A stretch of 64,000 nt of DNA, taken from the NCBI GenBank assembly GCA_963726195.1, contig CAVSBO010000003.1, positions 128,001 through 192,000 of the forward strand. The letters run 5' to 3'. This DNA comes from Candidatus Thorarchaeota archaeon. Its GTDB lineage: Archaea; Asgardarchaeota; Thorarchaeia; Thorarchaeales; Thorarchaeaceae. Below are positions 42,307 to 52,813 of the stretch, piece after piece. Numbering within the stretch: the stretch's first letter is position 1; each line of letters begins with the position of its first letter. Below the pieces are notes generated by a model. It did not search any database and was not told the DNA's origin. It saw only the letters and a list, made by a program, of their open reading frames with translations. The position numbers and the translations under genes were made by a program.

Positions 42307-43887
42307 TTGCAGAGAGACCAATTAATACCCGAGTTTGCAATGTACAGGAGTGGACTCGATAGCTTTGAGATTTCTGACCTGACCAACAGAATGATGTCCG
42401 AACTGAAAACGAGCAAGGACCGCTTCATGGCCTTCACGGATATTCTCATCGAGGGTGTCGGCACAGGAGAGTGGGCGAAGAGAACCCCTAACTTCATGGC
42501 GATGTGTGCAAAAGCCAGCTTTCTCAGGGGCATGTACGGATACAATCAGATTCTGGCAAAGGGGACTACCAATCTAGTATGCAAGGCATATGCCGCAGCA
42601 GCCTATTGCCGTCAGAGCCTCGATCCGAGGTGGATTAGCAACCTGACCAACTACGCGAACCAGGCATGGCAGTCAAAAGACTACACAGCCTACGCAGAGC
42701 TTTCTGGGGAACTAGCGTCCATTCTGATTGACTTGGGATACACAGATCGTGCAACAAAGGCGGCGTCGGAAAGCATCGAGAAAGTGACCGCCGCAACCAC
42801 TAAGGATGCGAGCATAAGATCGGTGGTTCAGTCCGCACTGCTTCGTTGTCGTATTGTCATGGCATACATAACTGCATCCACGGTCTCGCGTGAGGAAGGG
42901 CTCATGAGACTGGAGTCAGCCGAAGAAGCTGCAAATCTATTTGACGACCAGCTTGCGCTCACTGACATAAGGTATTACCGTGCCAGAACGTATTCGCTGT
43001 ACAAGGAATATGATACCGCCCTGAGTCTCCTCGACTCTGTCATGCGGAGATATGAGCGCATGGGCTATCAGCAGGGTGTGTCCAATGCAAGAAACCTGCG
43101 GGGTGTCATCCTCATCGACCTAGGTCAGCTTCAAGATGCAAGAGACCAATTCGAGGATCTGCTCGTTTTGCAGCAACAGTTGAATAATCAGATTGGACTC
43201 GCTAACTCACTTATCAACGTCGGAGAGATTGACCGATCCCTCGACCAGCTCGACCAGATGGAAACCTACAACAGAAGGGCTCTTGAAATAAGCCAAGAAG
43301 CCGAGTACGTGAAAGGTATCGGATACGCTACCGTGAACCTAGGTGACGTATCTGTCAGAAAGGGTGACGTAGACGGAGCCATAACGCTGTACCTCGATAG
43401 CATTAGGGTTGCAGAAGGAGCGGGGATGAAGGATCTCCTTAGGCTAGTTTTCTTCCATCTCGGCGATGCATACTTCATGAAGGGGGATTATGAACAGGCA
43501 GTGGACTGGTACCGGAAAGCTCGGAAGATGGGTCAAGAGACCAACTATCCTGGGCTGGTCTTCGATTCCGTCGTGAGCGAGATTATGACAAAGTGGGCTG
43601 CTGAGGAAAAACCCGGTCGCGATCTTCTCGATAGAGCGAGGTCGATTCTGAAAGGAGAGTCACTTTGGCATGAGGCATTCAGCTCAGCCCCAATGAGAAC
43701 CGTGCGACAGGACATATTCGAGGACCCTATGCTACAAAGCGATGTCTGCATCTTCTACGATAGCGAAAAGAACTTCCAGTGCCGGGTCGAGAGGCTCACA
43801 ATGAAGAAGGACTGCTTTGGAAACCTGTTCTGGATGCGGAGCTTATGTCCCTACTTCATGGATTTCATTGCGAGACTGTACAAGTGA
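42307..43887 (+). CDS. TPR-repeat protein with Cys-rich C-terminal domain
   Basis: Tandem ~40-aa TPR-like units (NLRGVILIDLGQLQDA, NVGEIDRSL, NLGDVSVRKGD, HLGDAYFMKGDYEQA); four Cys in the last 50 aa. Confidence 0.85.
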   Translation: MQRDQLIPEFAMYRSGLDSFEISDLTNRMMSELKTSKDRFMAFTDILIEGVGTGEWAKRTPNFMAMCAKASFLRGMYGYNQILAKGTTNLVCKAYAAAAYCRQSLDPRWISNLTNYANQAWQSKDYTAYAELSGELASILIDLGYTDRATKAASESIEKVTAATTKDASIRSVVQSALLRCRIVMAYITASTVSREEGLMRLESAEEAANLFDDQLALTDIRYYRARTYSLYKEYDTALSLLDSVMRRYERMGYQQGVSNARNLRGVILIDLGQLQDARDQFEDLLVLQQQLNNQIGLANSLINVGEIDRSLDQLDQMETYNRRALEISQEAEYVKGIGYATVNLGDVSVRKGDVDGAITLYLDSIRVAEGAGMKDLLRLVFFHLGDAYFMKGDYEQAVDWYRKARKMGQETNYPGLVFDSVVSEIMTKWAAEEKPGRDLLDRARSILKGESLWHEAFSSAPMRTVRQDIFEDPMLQSDVCIFYDSEKNFQCRVERLTMKKDCFGNLFWMRSLCPYFMDFIARLYK

Positions 43888-44261
43888 GCAATGCAATATC
43901 GATGAGCTGATCATATGTGCCGATTGTCGCCACGGGACATATAGGAAGGCACTATTTGACTGTTCGGAAGGCTACAGGTGTTGATTTGCCATGCAACCCG
44001 ATCGAGTATGTTCACATAATGTCCGGCGAGCACGTCTCGGGCTGGCAGATAATCCTCAGCTAGTAACGACCCAGAGGCGTAAAGTCACTGGCTGCCGACT
44101 CAATCTCGATAAGATAGGAGTGATGGCCGGAGACGCGGTTCATGTGTCGCACCTCTGGCCGCGTACCACCCGGCTCAACCGCCTTGTGAGTATGCTAGTC
44201 CTCAGGATGACGGCCATCTTCTCATCTGTTGTTTTCAGATTGCCTCCGGGGCGGTATTAGC

Positions 44262-46977
44262 CTAGGGATTCTTCTTCCGGGTGGCAACAAACGCCACGAT
44301 GATCACGACCACAGCTATTCCAGCACCTGCAAGCAATATCACTGTCGGGAACCCGCCCGTTGTTGTGGTTGTTGTAGTCGTTGTGGCTGTGGTGGTTGTG
44401 CTGGTGGTCGTCGTTGTCGTAGCGGACACGACAAATGACCAAGGCCCGGCGAAAGCACCCAGATCGCCCTGAGAGTCGTTCGCAGCCACGCGCCAGTACC
44501 ACGTACCATTGGTCAAGGATACAGTAGGTGTATAGCTTGTTGTACCCCCGGCGATAGTAACGTTGCGCAGGTTCGGCGAGTCGAAAGTGGCTGCAGTGTC
44601 CAGCTGAACCAGGTAGCCTGCGCTGCCCGTGATGGCGGACCATCCGAACACCGGTTTGTCACTTGTTGTGACACCGTTACCGGGTGAAATGAGAGTGGGC
44701 GCATTCAAGAGCGTCTTGCAGGAGATGGCCAAACTTGTAAGGACTGGTGTCTGCAGCAGGTCGCTCGTGGTCAGCACGGCGCGCCATCGCAGATCCGACC
44801 CTACGTTCGTGAAAACGTGCTTGACCCCGGGTGTCACACCCTCCCAGTTGTTGCCATTGTCGGGCGACAGGTAGTAGGCAATCCCAGTCCCGGTAGGCAG
44901 GGTCTGGGTGCACGTTAGAGTTGCATGTACTAGTAGCGCCGATGCGACGGTGAACACCTTCAGAGACTGTGCCGCAGCTTGGTCTTTGAACTCCACGCAC
45001 TCGCTGCGCTGCACCTTGACTATCTGCAAGCCCCCGGAAAAGGTGGCGATGTACGCGTATTCTCCCGCTAAGCATACGCTAAGGGCTTCATCAGGTGTGC
45101 TATAGCTGGCCAAGTAAGCGGGGCTTCGAGGATTCGTGACATTGACTACCTGCAATTTCGAGTTAATATCGGCGACGTAGGCGATGCCACCCGCCACTGC
45201 CACACCATTCGGAAAGTCGTACCCACCATAGCTACCAAGCAGCGCCGGCTGGTGAGGATTCGTGACGTTGACTATCTGCAAGTAGGTCGAGTCGGCGTCT
45301 GCGACATATGCGATGCCATCTACCACTGCCAGTCCTTCCGATTCGCCACCCATACCGAAATTCAGACTGCCCAGTAGCACAATATGCCGAGGATTCGTGA
45401 CGTTGAGCACCAGCAACCCCTGGGTAAAGTCGGCGATGTAGGCGATACCTCCTGTCACCACCACTCCACATGCATTGCTGGGCGTGCTGTAGTTGCCCAG
45501 CAAGGTAGGATGCCGGGGATCAGTAACATTGACCACCTGCAACCCTTTGTTATAGGCAGCAAGGTATGCAATGCCGCCGACGACTGTTATTCCAATCGAA
45601 GAGCCGGGCGTACTGCAGGTGCCCAACAGCGTAGGTTGGCGAGGATTGGTAACATTGACCACGACCAACCCAGTACTATAGTCGGCGACGTATGCGATGC
45701 CGCCCGCAGCGCAGACATCCATGGTGCTCATCGCTGTGACATACGTGCCTAGGACGGTAACGTTCTTGGGGTTGGTCACGTTCATGATTCGCAGGCCCGA
45801 GGTCCCATCAGCAACGTAGGCGATGCCACCTGCCACCGCCACTCCGTAGGTATAATCGGACGTGGCGTATGAGCCCACAGAAGTTGGCGTAATCAGGTCG
45901 GCAATCTGCACTACCTGCAAGCCCGAAGTTCCCGCCGCGATGTAGGCGATACGGCCAGAAACTGCCACGCAACGCGCAGGTTGGAGCATATCATAGCTGC
46001 TCAGCAGGAATGGCTGTCGAGGATTCGTGACGTTGATTACTTGCAGACCTCGGTCGTCCCCGATGTAGGCGATTCCTCCCGCGACTGTCACGCCATATGC
46101 AACGTCAGGAGTGCTATAACTGCTCAGTATGATTGGTTCACGTGGGTTTGTGACATTAATCACTTGTAGACCTTTGTCCTCGGTTACGTACGCAATGCGG
46201 CCAACCACCGAGACGCCGTAGGCAGCATTGGGTGTAACGTAGCTGCCCAGCAGAAGTGGCTGTCGAGGATTCGTGACGTTGATTACTCGCAAACCACTAT
46301 TGTAATCAGCGATGTAAGCGACACCAGCCGCCACTGCCACGGCGAACGCCATGTCGGGCATGCCACAAGTACCCAGCAATGTAGGGTGTCGTGGGTCGGT
46401 GATATTTATCACAACCAGCCCCGAGGAAAGGTCGGCGATGTAGGCGATACCTCCTGCCACCACTACACCAGACGCATGGGTTAACGAGAACGTAGTTACC
46501 CAGCAAGGCGGGGTTTCTGGGATCAGTGACGTTGATCACCTGCAAACCTCCGTCCTGGTCAGCAACGTAAGCAATGCCGCCCGCCACCGTCACCCCCTGC
46601 GCAGTGCCGGGCGTGTTGTAGATGCCCAGCGCGTTTGGCTGTCGAGGATTCGTGACGTTAACCACCCGCAATCCCGATGCTCCGTCCGCGACATAGGCGA
46701 GGCATCCCGCCAACTCCACCCAAAGTGCAGAACCTGACATGTTGCACATGCCGAGCAGTGAGGGCCATTTAGGAGGGAGCTGCAGGGCTCCGGAGCCCCA
46801 GCCTGTGGCACTCGTCGCCGCAGCATCTTTGTAGGTGGTTGTCATGAAATTCTCCGAGTAGCTGCTGGAACCTGCCGCCACAGGCGGGACATAGGCCAAC
46901 AGCGTCATAGTCATAGCAATGAGGAGAAGAAAACTCGTGAAAGTCTTCTTCAGAGCTCGCTTCGTAGAATGTGACAT
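44262..46977 (-). CDS. Secreted LVIVD-repeat beta-propeller surface protein with Ig-like domain, Thr-rich linker and TM anchor; frameshift near 46475
   Basis: Signal peptide; 14 repeats of V.V.GGIAY.AD...GL.V.NVT.P..P.LLG.Y; WYWRVAA; poly-Thr; TM plus RKK. Confidence 0.88.
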
Positions 46978-47299
46978 ATTCTGATAATCATCTTCTTGGG
47001 GCATTGTGCCCTTACATGCCTGACCGGATTCCACAGGGGGCGCAGCGAGGAGTCGATATCGAGCCGGTGGACCCTGATTGAGACAATTCGTCAACGCATA
47101 TGACGTCGGTCGCCCAAGTCTGGGTATTTAAGGCATATGGGGAATCCTGCTATCTTCAAGCAGATGCGCGCTCAACTCTCGCGGATGGGAAAGGGTTTCC
47201 GAATCGCGGGTTGGTGCAGGAAGATGACAGACTGTAGCCCCGGCACAACACGACCACAATTGGTACCGGATTCACGGTTAACTCTGCACAGGAGGCACT

Positions 47300-48004
47300 T
47301 TAGGAATCGCGATCTCTTGCCTTAGTCGCGGACTTCCGTTGAGTCTCGGCGTCTTCGTCCAGCATGCTTTCGAACACGGACAGAATCTCCCTCACGGTCT
47401 TCGACCAGATCTCAAGCTCATCTGATTCGTCTTCCCACATGTCATTCTTGACAGGGTCGAGCAAGGCACGCACTCTCTCGAAATCATCCTGGCCCCAATC
47501 CGATTCTCGCATCATCGTCTCAATCTGGTTGATTAGCTGACCCCGCAGCGACACTAGGCCCATCCGGTCTCGGTCAAGATCCTCTAGGTGTCTATCCACT
47601 TTCTCTAAATCCGAGAGCAGGCTTCTCACGACCTTGACACCGGCTCCTGTTCGTGGAACTGCGAATTGTGGAGCAGCTGGGGCTATTCCCAACTCGCCAA
47701 GCCTAGCGACCCTAACGGAGAAGGTGTTGGGGAGAACCGTCGTCGACAGACCAAAGCTGACATTCACCTTGTAGTAGACTCGGTCAGGACCCAAGCTTCC
47801 TTCAGCCGATTCCCGATGAACTAGACCTGCTTCCTCGAGTGCTTCAAGATGTTTCAGCACGACTCTTCTGTTCAAATCCAGAATCTTGCCCAACTCGTAA
47901 GGATACTTCGGGCTCTCTGCAAGCAGCTGCAGGATTCTCCTTCTGGTCATGTGTCCGAGCGCCTTGAAGACTTTGTCCATCTCGGGCGGATTCTCCGTGC
48001 TCAT
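47300..48004 (-). CDS. ArsR-family HTH regulator with C-terminal coiled coil
   Basis: FKALGHMTRRRILQLL, VLKHLEALEEAGLV, GPDRVYY. Confidence 0.85.
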   Translation of the reverse strand: MSTENPPEMDKVFKALGHMTRRRILQLLAESPKYPYELGKILDLNRRVVLKHLEALEEAGLVHRESAEGSLGPDRVYYKVNVSFGLSTTVLPNTFSVRVARLGELGIAPAAPQFAVPRTGAGVKVVRSLLSDLEKVDRHLEDLDRDRMGLVSLRGQLINQIETMMRESDWGQDDFERVRALLDPVKNDMWEDESDELEIWSKTVREILSVFESMLDEDAETQRKSATKARDRDS

Positions 48005-48187
48005 AGTTGTTCGTCCTCACCTTGAAAACGGGATGTTCAGTACGGCCCTCTACTTGAGGGTATTTCAATATCCATCGTCCTAGTACACAATCTGGTCCCT
48101 AGCATGCGGACTTTCTATATAAGAATTGTGAAGCAACTCAGATTGTAACTAGCTTTGCATCACCCTGTGAAGATTCGCGAATTGAAA

Positions 48188-48574
48188 TCAGGGCTCGCGA
48201 CTGGAAACCTGTGTGGTCGGGGATTCCAAGTCCTCCTTCTTGAGTCCTTCTTGCTGGAGCTTGTCTGTTGCAGCTGAGCAACTTCCCTCCACGACCGATG
48301 GTTGTGATACAGGCTTCGTTTGAATCCGTTCCAGAAAGACGTCAGCCTTCTCATAGATAGGTCCATTGCCCACGATGAAAGCAGATGACACGCCCTCCTT
48401 TGCCGAGATCACGGGTCTAGATGCGGCCATCAGCAGATAGCGGAGAAACTCAATATCCGTTATCTTCTTCCCAACTTTGCGTTGGTGACGCATCTTCTCT
48501 TCTTCCCAAACCAAGATGTCGTGATCTGTTAGACCTTTGAACAGTTTGTTCTTCCGTCCCTCTGTTTCAGGCAT
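48188..48574 (-). CDS. Small hypothetical protein, possibly RHH-like DNA binder
   Basis: N-terminal strand-helix-helix pattern (KITDIEFLRYLL); divergent from the Ntn hydrolase gene. Confidence 0.45.
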   Translation of the reverse strand: MPETEGRKNKLFKGLTDHDILVWEEEKMRHQRKVGKKITDIEFLRYLLMAASRPVISAKEGVSSAFIVGNGPIYEKADVFLERIQTKPVSQPSVVEGSCSAATDKLQQEGLKKEDLESPTTQVSSREP

Positions 48575-48783
48575 TGTCCTCGACCTCGGCCATTGGATTG
48601 CTTTCGGGTGCGTACGGCTGCGAGTTTACCTCTGAGCGCCAAAGAACGCCTCGCCGTACAAAGCCCCGAGTATTACATTGTCTGGGCGGTGCGGTGACCA
48701 ATAGCGGTCTGTGGACAATTGGACAGGCACATAAGGCGGAGCCATGTACGCCTGCTTAGCCATTTGACAGAGATGAGTAGAAC

Positions 48784-49603
48784 ATGACTGTGTGCATAGC
48801 TGCCATCTGTGAGGCAGGCAAGGCGATTGTTCTCGCAGCCGACGCCATGATTACTGGGGAAGACCTGATGATTGAGTACGAGTTCGGTTCTCCAAAGATT
48901 AGGCAGTTGACCGACAATTGCGCAGTGACCGCGGCAGGAGATGCAACAATGGAAACAGACCTTCTGAGAATGGTGCGGAAGGCGATATCAGAGTTGAAGG
49001 CACCCTCCATGGAGATGATCGTGGAAAAGACTAGAGAGGTGTACCACGCATTGAGAACACGAGCCATGGAGGACCAGATTCTGTTGCCTCATGGTCTTGA
49101 AAGCATGGACAAGTTCTACGAGACCCAGAAGACCATGCTTGAACCAGTGGCCAAATCCATATTCAATGACATAGAGGATTTCGACCTCGAACTTGACCTC
49201 ATGATAGACTTCTGTCGACAGGGACGGCGCTCACATAGCAGTCATCGAGGACCCAGGGACTGCATCAACATGGGACGAACTGGCGTACAATGCAATCGGA
49301 AGCGGATATGCTCATGCTGAAACGACCCTGATTATGAGGGACTATGACCCTTCGTGGTCACTTGCTGAAGCTCTCCTCTCGGTCTATACGGCAAAGAAAG
49401 CCGCTGAGAAAGCTCCCGGTGTCGGACAGAGACTGACACACATGGCCGTCGTTGACGACCACTCAGTCACAATGCTCACCGAAGAACAGGTGAGACGAAT
49501 CGATGTGGTGTATCAGGAGCGGGTCACCGAACTCCGTGCATGGGAAAAGGAAAAGGACTGGGTCTCCGGGCTTGCCGATCTCGCTTCGGCGGTCAAGTCC
49601 TAG
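48784..49603 (+). CDS. Proteasome-beta-like Ntn hydrolase without propeptide; frameshift near 49207
   Basis: M-T2, IVLAAD20, K38, AAGD. Removing one base near 49207 gives ..HIAVIEDPG..YNAIGSG..AKKAAEKAPGVG. Confidence 0.8.
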
Positions 49604-49636
49604 TACGATTCCGCGTGAATACATTGTTTTCGGACC

Positions 49637-50314
49637 TTGTCTGAGGGCTCGGATATGAACGTGCTTGAGATACTGGTCGCATGGTTTCTTCTCTCGTTGA
49701 CCGGCGCACTGGCACCCGGTCCTCTTTCCGCAGCAGTGGTAATGCAGGCAAGCAAGCGAGGCCCCTTGCACGGGATTCTGCCAATGGTTGGTCATGCCGT
49801 CGTGGAACTCGGCATTGTTGCCGCAATCATAGTCAGCGTGCAAGCTCTGACGCTCGACACTACGACGATTCATATGCTGGTCGGAATCGGAGGGCTTGTC
49901 ATTGTGGGCTTCGGTCTCTTGGCACTCAAGGACTGGAGACATGTTGCGCCTAGTAACACTTCCGAATCAGCGGCGGCTTCCTCAGTATCGACAATTGCAC
50001 AGGCCACAGTTCAGGGTGCTGCCGTTAGTTTACTGTCGCCCTATTTCCTGCTTTGGTGGTTTGGAATTGGCTTGGCCAATGTCACGTTGTTGGTCGGGCA
50101 GCTACAAATTGGGGTCGGCACCGTTATGCTTGCGGGCGCGCTCATCTATTTCACACACATATCCACCGATTTCCTCTTCGGGGCATTCCTAGCCGTTGGG
50201 GCCCACAGGGCGGCGAGGAAGGCAACGTCCGGGGGCGTGAACTGGATCAACGTCGCAATTGGGGTGTTTCAAGTTGCCCTCGGAGTGATTTTCATCTACA
50301 CAGCTGTGACATAG
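49637..50314 (+). CDS. LysE-family translocator
   Basis: GALAPGPL, GHAVVE, LSPYFLLWW, FTHISTDF. Confidence 0.9.
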   Translation: MSEGSDMNVLEILVAWFLLSLTGALAPGPLSAAVVMQASKRGPLHGILPMVGHAVVELGIVAAIIVSVQALTLDTTTIHMLVGIGGLVIVGFGLLALKDWRHVAPSNTSESAAASSVSTIAQATVQGAAVSLLSPYFLLWWFGIGLANVTLLVGQLQIGVGTVMLAGALIYFTHISTDFLFGAFLAVGAHRAARKATSGGVNWINVAIGVFQVALGVIFIYTAVT

Positions 50315-50378
50315 AGTAAGATGAAGTAGAGAGCATAATGCTTTAGTCAGGCTCATGATGCAATTGGTAGACTGGTCC

Positions 50379-50987
50379 ATGAAGACGCTACTGATGACGG
50401 GGTTCGAGCCCTTTGGCGGCTACTCGGTCAATCCTTCAGCTGAGCTTGCGAAGGCGTACGACGGAAAGAGGGTAGGGCCGTACAGTGTGGTCGGAATCGT
50501 ACTTCCATTGGCGTTCAAAGCTGCTCTCGACGTTTTCAATCAAGCAGTGAACAAGAGAAGTCCTGACGTCGTGCTTTGCTGCGGCCAAGCGGAGAGGGGA
50601 GTAATCACTTTCGAACGAATAGCCGTGAATGCTATTGATACTTCACGTGCAGACAACCAAGGATATACTCCCGAATCAGACCTCATCGTGGCCGATGGCC
50701 CGGCGGCATACTTTTCCAATGTAGACCCCCATCCCCTCGTGAAGCGGCTTCAACAAGAAGGCATACCAGCGTTGGTCAGCTATCAAGCAGGAACCTACGG
50801 ATGCAACTGGCTTCTGTACAATGTGCTTCACCTGATTGCTCAGGGTCGGCTCCATGCCAAAGCAACCTTCATGCATGTGCCCCCTCTTCCGTCTCAAGCG
50901 ATTGAGAAGAACAACATGTCACTTCCAACAATGCCATTGGATATCTTGGCACGTGCCGTGACAATAGTCGCACCATTGCTAGCATAA
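50379..50987 (+). CDS. pcp: Pyroglutamyl-peptidase I
   Basis: LMTGFEPFGG..NPS, ERIAVN, AGTYGCN, FMHVP. Confidence 0.95.
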   Translation: MKTLLMTGFEPFGGYSVNPSAELAKAYDGKRVGPYSVVGIVLPLAFKAALDVFNQAVNKRSPDVVLCCGQAERGVITFERIAVNAIDTSRADNQGYTPESDLIVADGPAAYFSNVDPHPLVKRLQQEGIPALVSYQAGTYGCNWLLYNVLHLIAQGRLHAKATFMHVPPLPSQAIEKNNMSLPTMPLDILARAVTIVAPLLA

Positions 50988-51001
50988 ACACGCTAGGTCT
51001 C

Positions 51002-52606
51002 TCATTGTTTCACGGAAGAGGCACTTGGAGAAGCGTTGAGCCGGGAGTACAGCAGCTTGTTGGTCTTGTAGATGTTGAGGAACTCGCCGTACAGCTCATC
51101 GTATATTCGATGATTGTCAGGATTCGGCTTGAAGACCTTCACTATTTTGGTGAGCTTGGGTATGTCCTCAACTGTGATGTAACCCAAACCAACAGCAGCG
51201 ATGAAGGCAGCGCCGCGTGCATTAGCCTGCATGGGGTCCCTTACCTGCTGGATTGTTCGGTCTAGCACATCAGCGTATATTTGGCACCATATATCCGACT
51301 GGGCTCCGCCGCCAATCATGTTGAGAGGGTCCATTCGTCTCTTGATGAAACTCTCCACTACGCCCAATAGCCAACGACTGTTGTAGGCAACACCTTCGAA
51401 GACAGCCCGGATGAGCTGGCCACGGCTTGTTTCTAGCGAAATGTTGTTGAACCCACCTCGCAGATAGCGATCCTCCACAGGAGCGCGTTCGCCATACAAC
51501 CAGGGAGTGAAGATTGTCTTGCCACTGCCAGCGGGAACCTGCTCCACAATCCGATCGAACTCTTGGTAAACCTCTCTGTTTCCGGCGCGTGACGGGTCAT
51601 TTGGATAGAAGACCTGGTCGCGCAGGTAGGCCAGACACGCCCCTGCACTTTCTTGTTCAGCAGGGATGAAATACAAGCCCGGGATGGCAGAAGGCAAAGA
51701 AGCTATGTTGTGGCCTATGTCGGTCTTCTTGAACCGCACGTGACAGCTCACCCAGCTGGATGTTCCAATGTAGATGTGCCCTTCATATTCCCGGACCGCA
51801 CCGGAGCCGACAACAGCTGACTGCAAGTCTGCAGCGCCGGTCATGACTTTCACGTCGTTCCCTAGGCCCAATGCACTGGCCACATCCTTGGCAAGTGGTC
51901 CCAGAACATCAGTCGAACGCATCAGCGGCGGCAACTTGGTCTTGTCAATCTTCATTCGCTTGATGAGGCCGTTATCATAGCGAACCTTGTTGATTTTTCG
52001 AGTGTTGGTCAACCAAAACAGGGTGATAGATGCAAAAGAAGCCGCAGCTTTGCCAGTGAGCTTCAGGTTAATGTAGTCTGTGGGTTCAAGAAACCAACGA
52101 GCCTGCTGATAGACTTCCGGATGCTCGTACTTGAGATACAGTACATGAGCAATAGGGTCCTTTCCGCTATGAGCTGCAATTCCTCCTGCCTTGCGTAGCC
52201 AGCGAAGTGCATCCAGCAACGGATATCCTGCTATCTTGATGTGCCCTGTGAGAGTGCGGTCAATGTACGGAGCTCCTCGAGAATCCATCCAGATAATGGC
52301 GTTGCCAATGTTGTCGCCATTCTCGTCCACGCTCACAGTTCCGGACCATTGACTAGTATTGCATACAGCAACAATATCCTTGGTGGGTACAAGTCTTCTA
52401 TCTATGAGCCGCTTTGCAGCTTTCAAAAATGCGGCCCACCAATCCTTCGGATTCTGTTCTGCGCCGCCGCCTGGATATAGGTACAGCGGGGTCGGCTCGA
52501 ACTCGAAACCGATGACATCTCCATTTGTCGATACAATAGCGGGTTTCATCCCAGAAGTGCCGTGATCAATGGCAAGAATGTATTTGACCTGGTGTGCAGC
52601 AGTCAT
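51002..52606 (-). CDS. FGGY-family carbohydrate kinase (xylulokinase-like)
   Basis: LAIDHGTSG, IIWMDSR, YIGTS, PWLYGERAP, RAVFEGVA, IGGGAQS. Confidence 0.9.
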   Translation of the reverse strand: MTAAHQVKYILAIDHGTSGMKPAIVSTNGDVIGFEFEPTPLYLYPGGGAEQNPKDWWAAFLKAAKRLIDRRLVPTKDIVAVCNTSQWSGTVSVDENGDNIGNAIIWMDSRGAPYIDRTLTGHIKIAGYPLLDALRWLRKAGGIAAHSGKDPIAHVLYLKYEHPEVYQQARWFLEPTDYINLKLTGKAAASFASITLFWLTNTRKINKVRYDNGLIKRMKIDKTKLPPLMRSTDVLGPLAKDVASALGLGNDVKVMTGAADLQSAVVGSGAVREYEGHIYIGTSSWVSCHVRFKKTDIGHNIASLPSAIPGLYFIPAEQESAGACLAYLRDQVFYPNDPSRAGNREVYQEFDRIVEQVPAGSGKTIFTPWLYGERAPVEDRYLRGGFNNISLETSRGQLIRAVFEGVAYNSRWLLGVVESFIKRRMDPLNMIGGGAQSDIWCQIYADVLDRTIQQVRDPMQANARGAAFIAAVGLGYITVEDIPKLTKIVKVFKPNPDNHRIYDELYGEFLNIYKTNKLLYSRLNASPSASSVKQ

Positions 52607-52813
52607 GAACTTCAACCGACCAAGTCGTTGCTCTATGCTTCCCCGATTGAAAAGCACTTCGGGCAACGATAGGTGGCACGATTGAGCGCTTCTTCAAGAA
52701 GATTGGCGTCGGTTCCGCGATTTAATTGACAGCCTCAATGGTTCTCGGTGCCTCCAGCTGCACAGTAGACCTCAACAATGCTTATCATTGGGGCGCCTTG
52801 TTCCCTAAGATAT

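Noticed and set aside
44358-44430. GTT/GTG trinucleotide-like repeat
   Set aside because: It encodes the poly-Thr stalk of the LVIVD protein; not an independent repeat element.
48784-49603. Calling this the canonical proteasome beta subunit psmB
   Set aside because: No propeptide or GTTT motif, and it has a large helical insertion.
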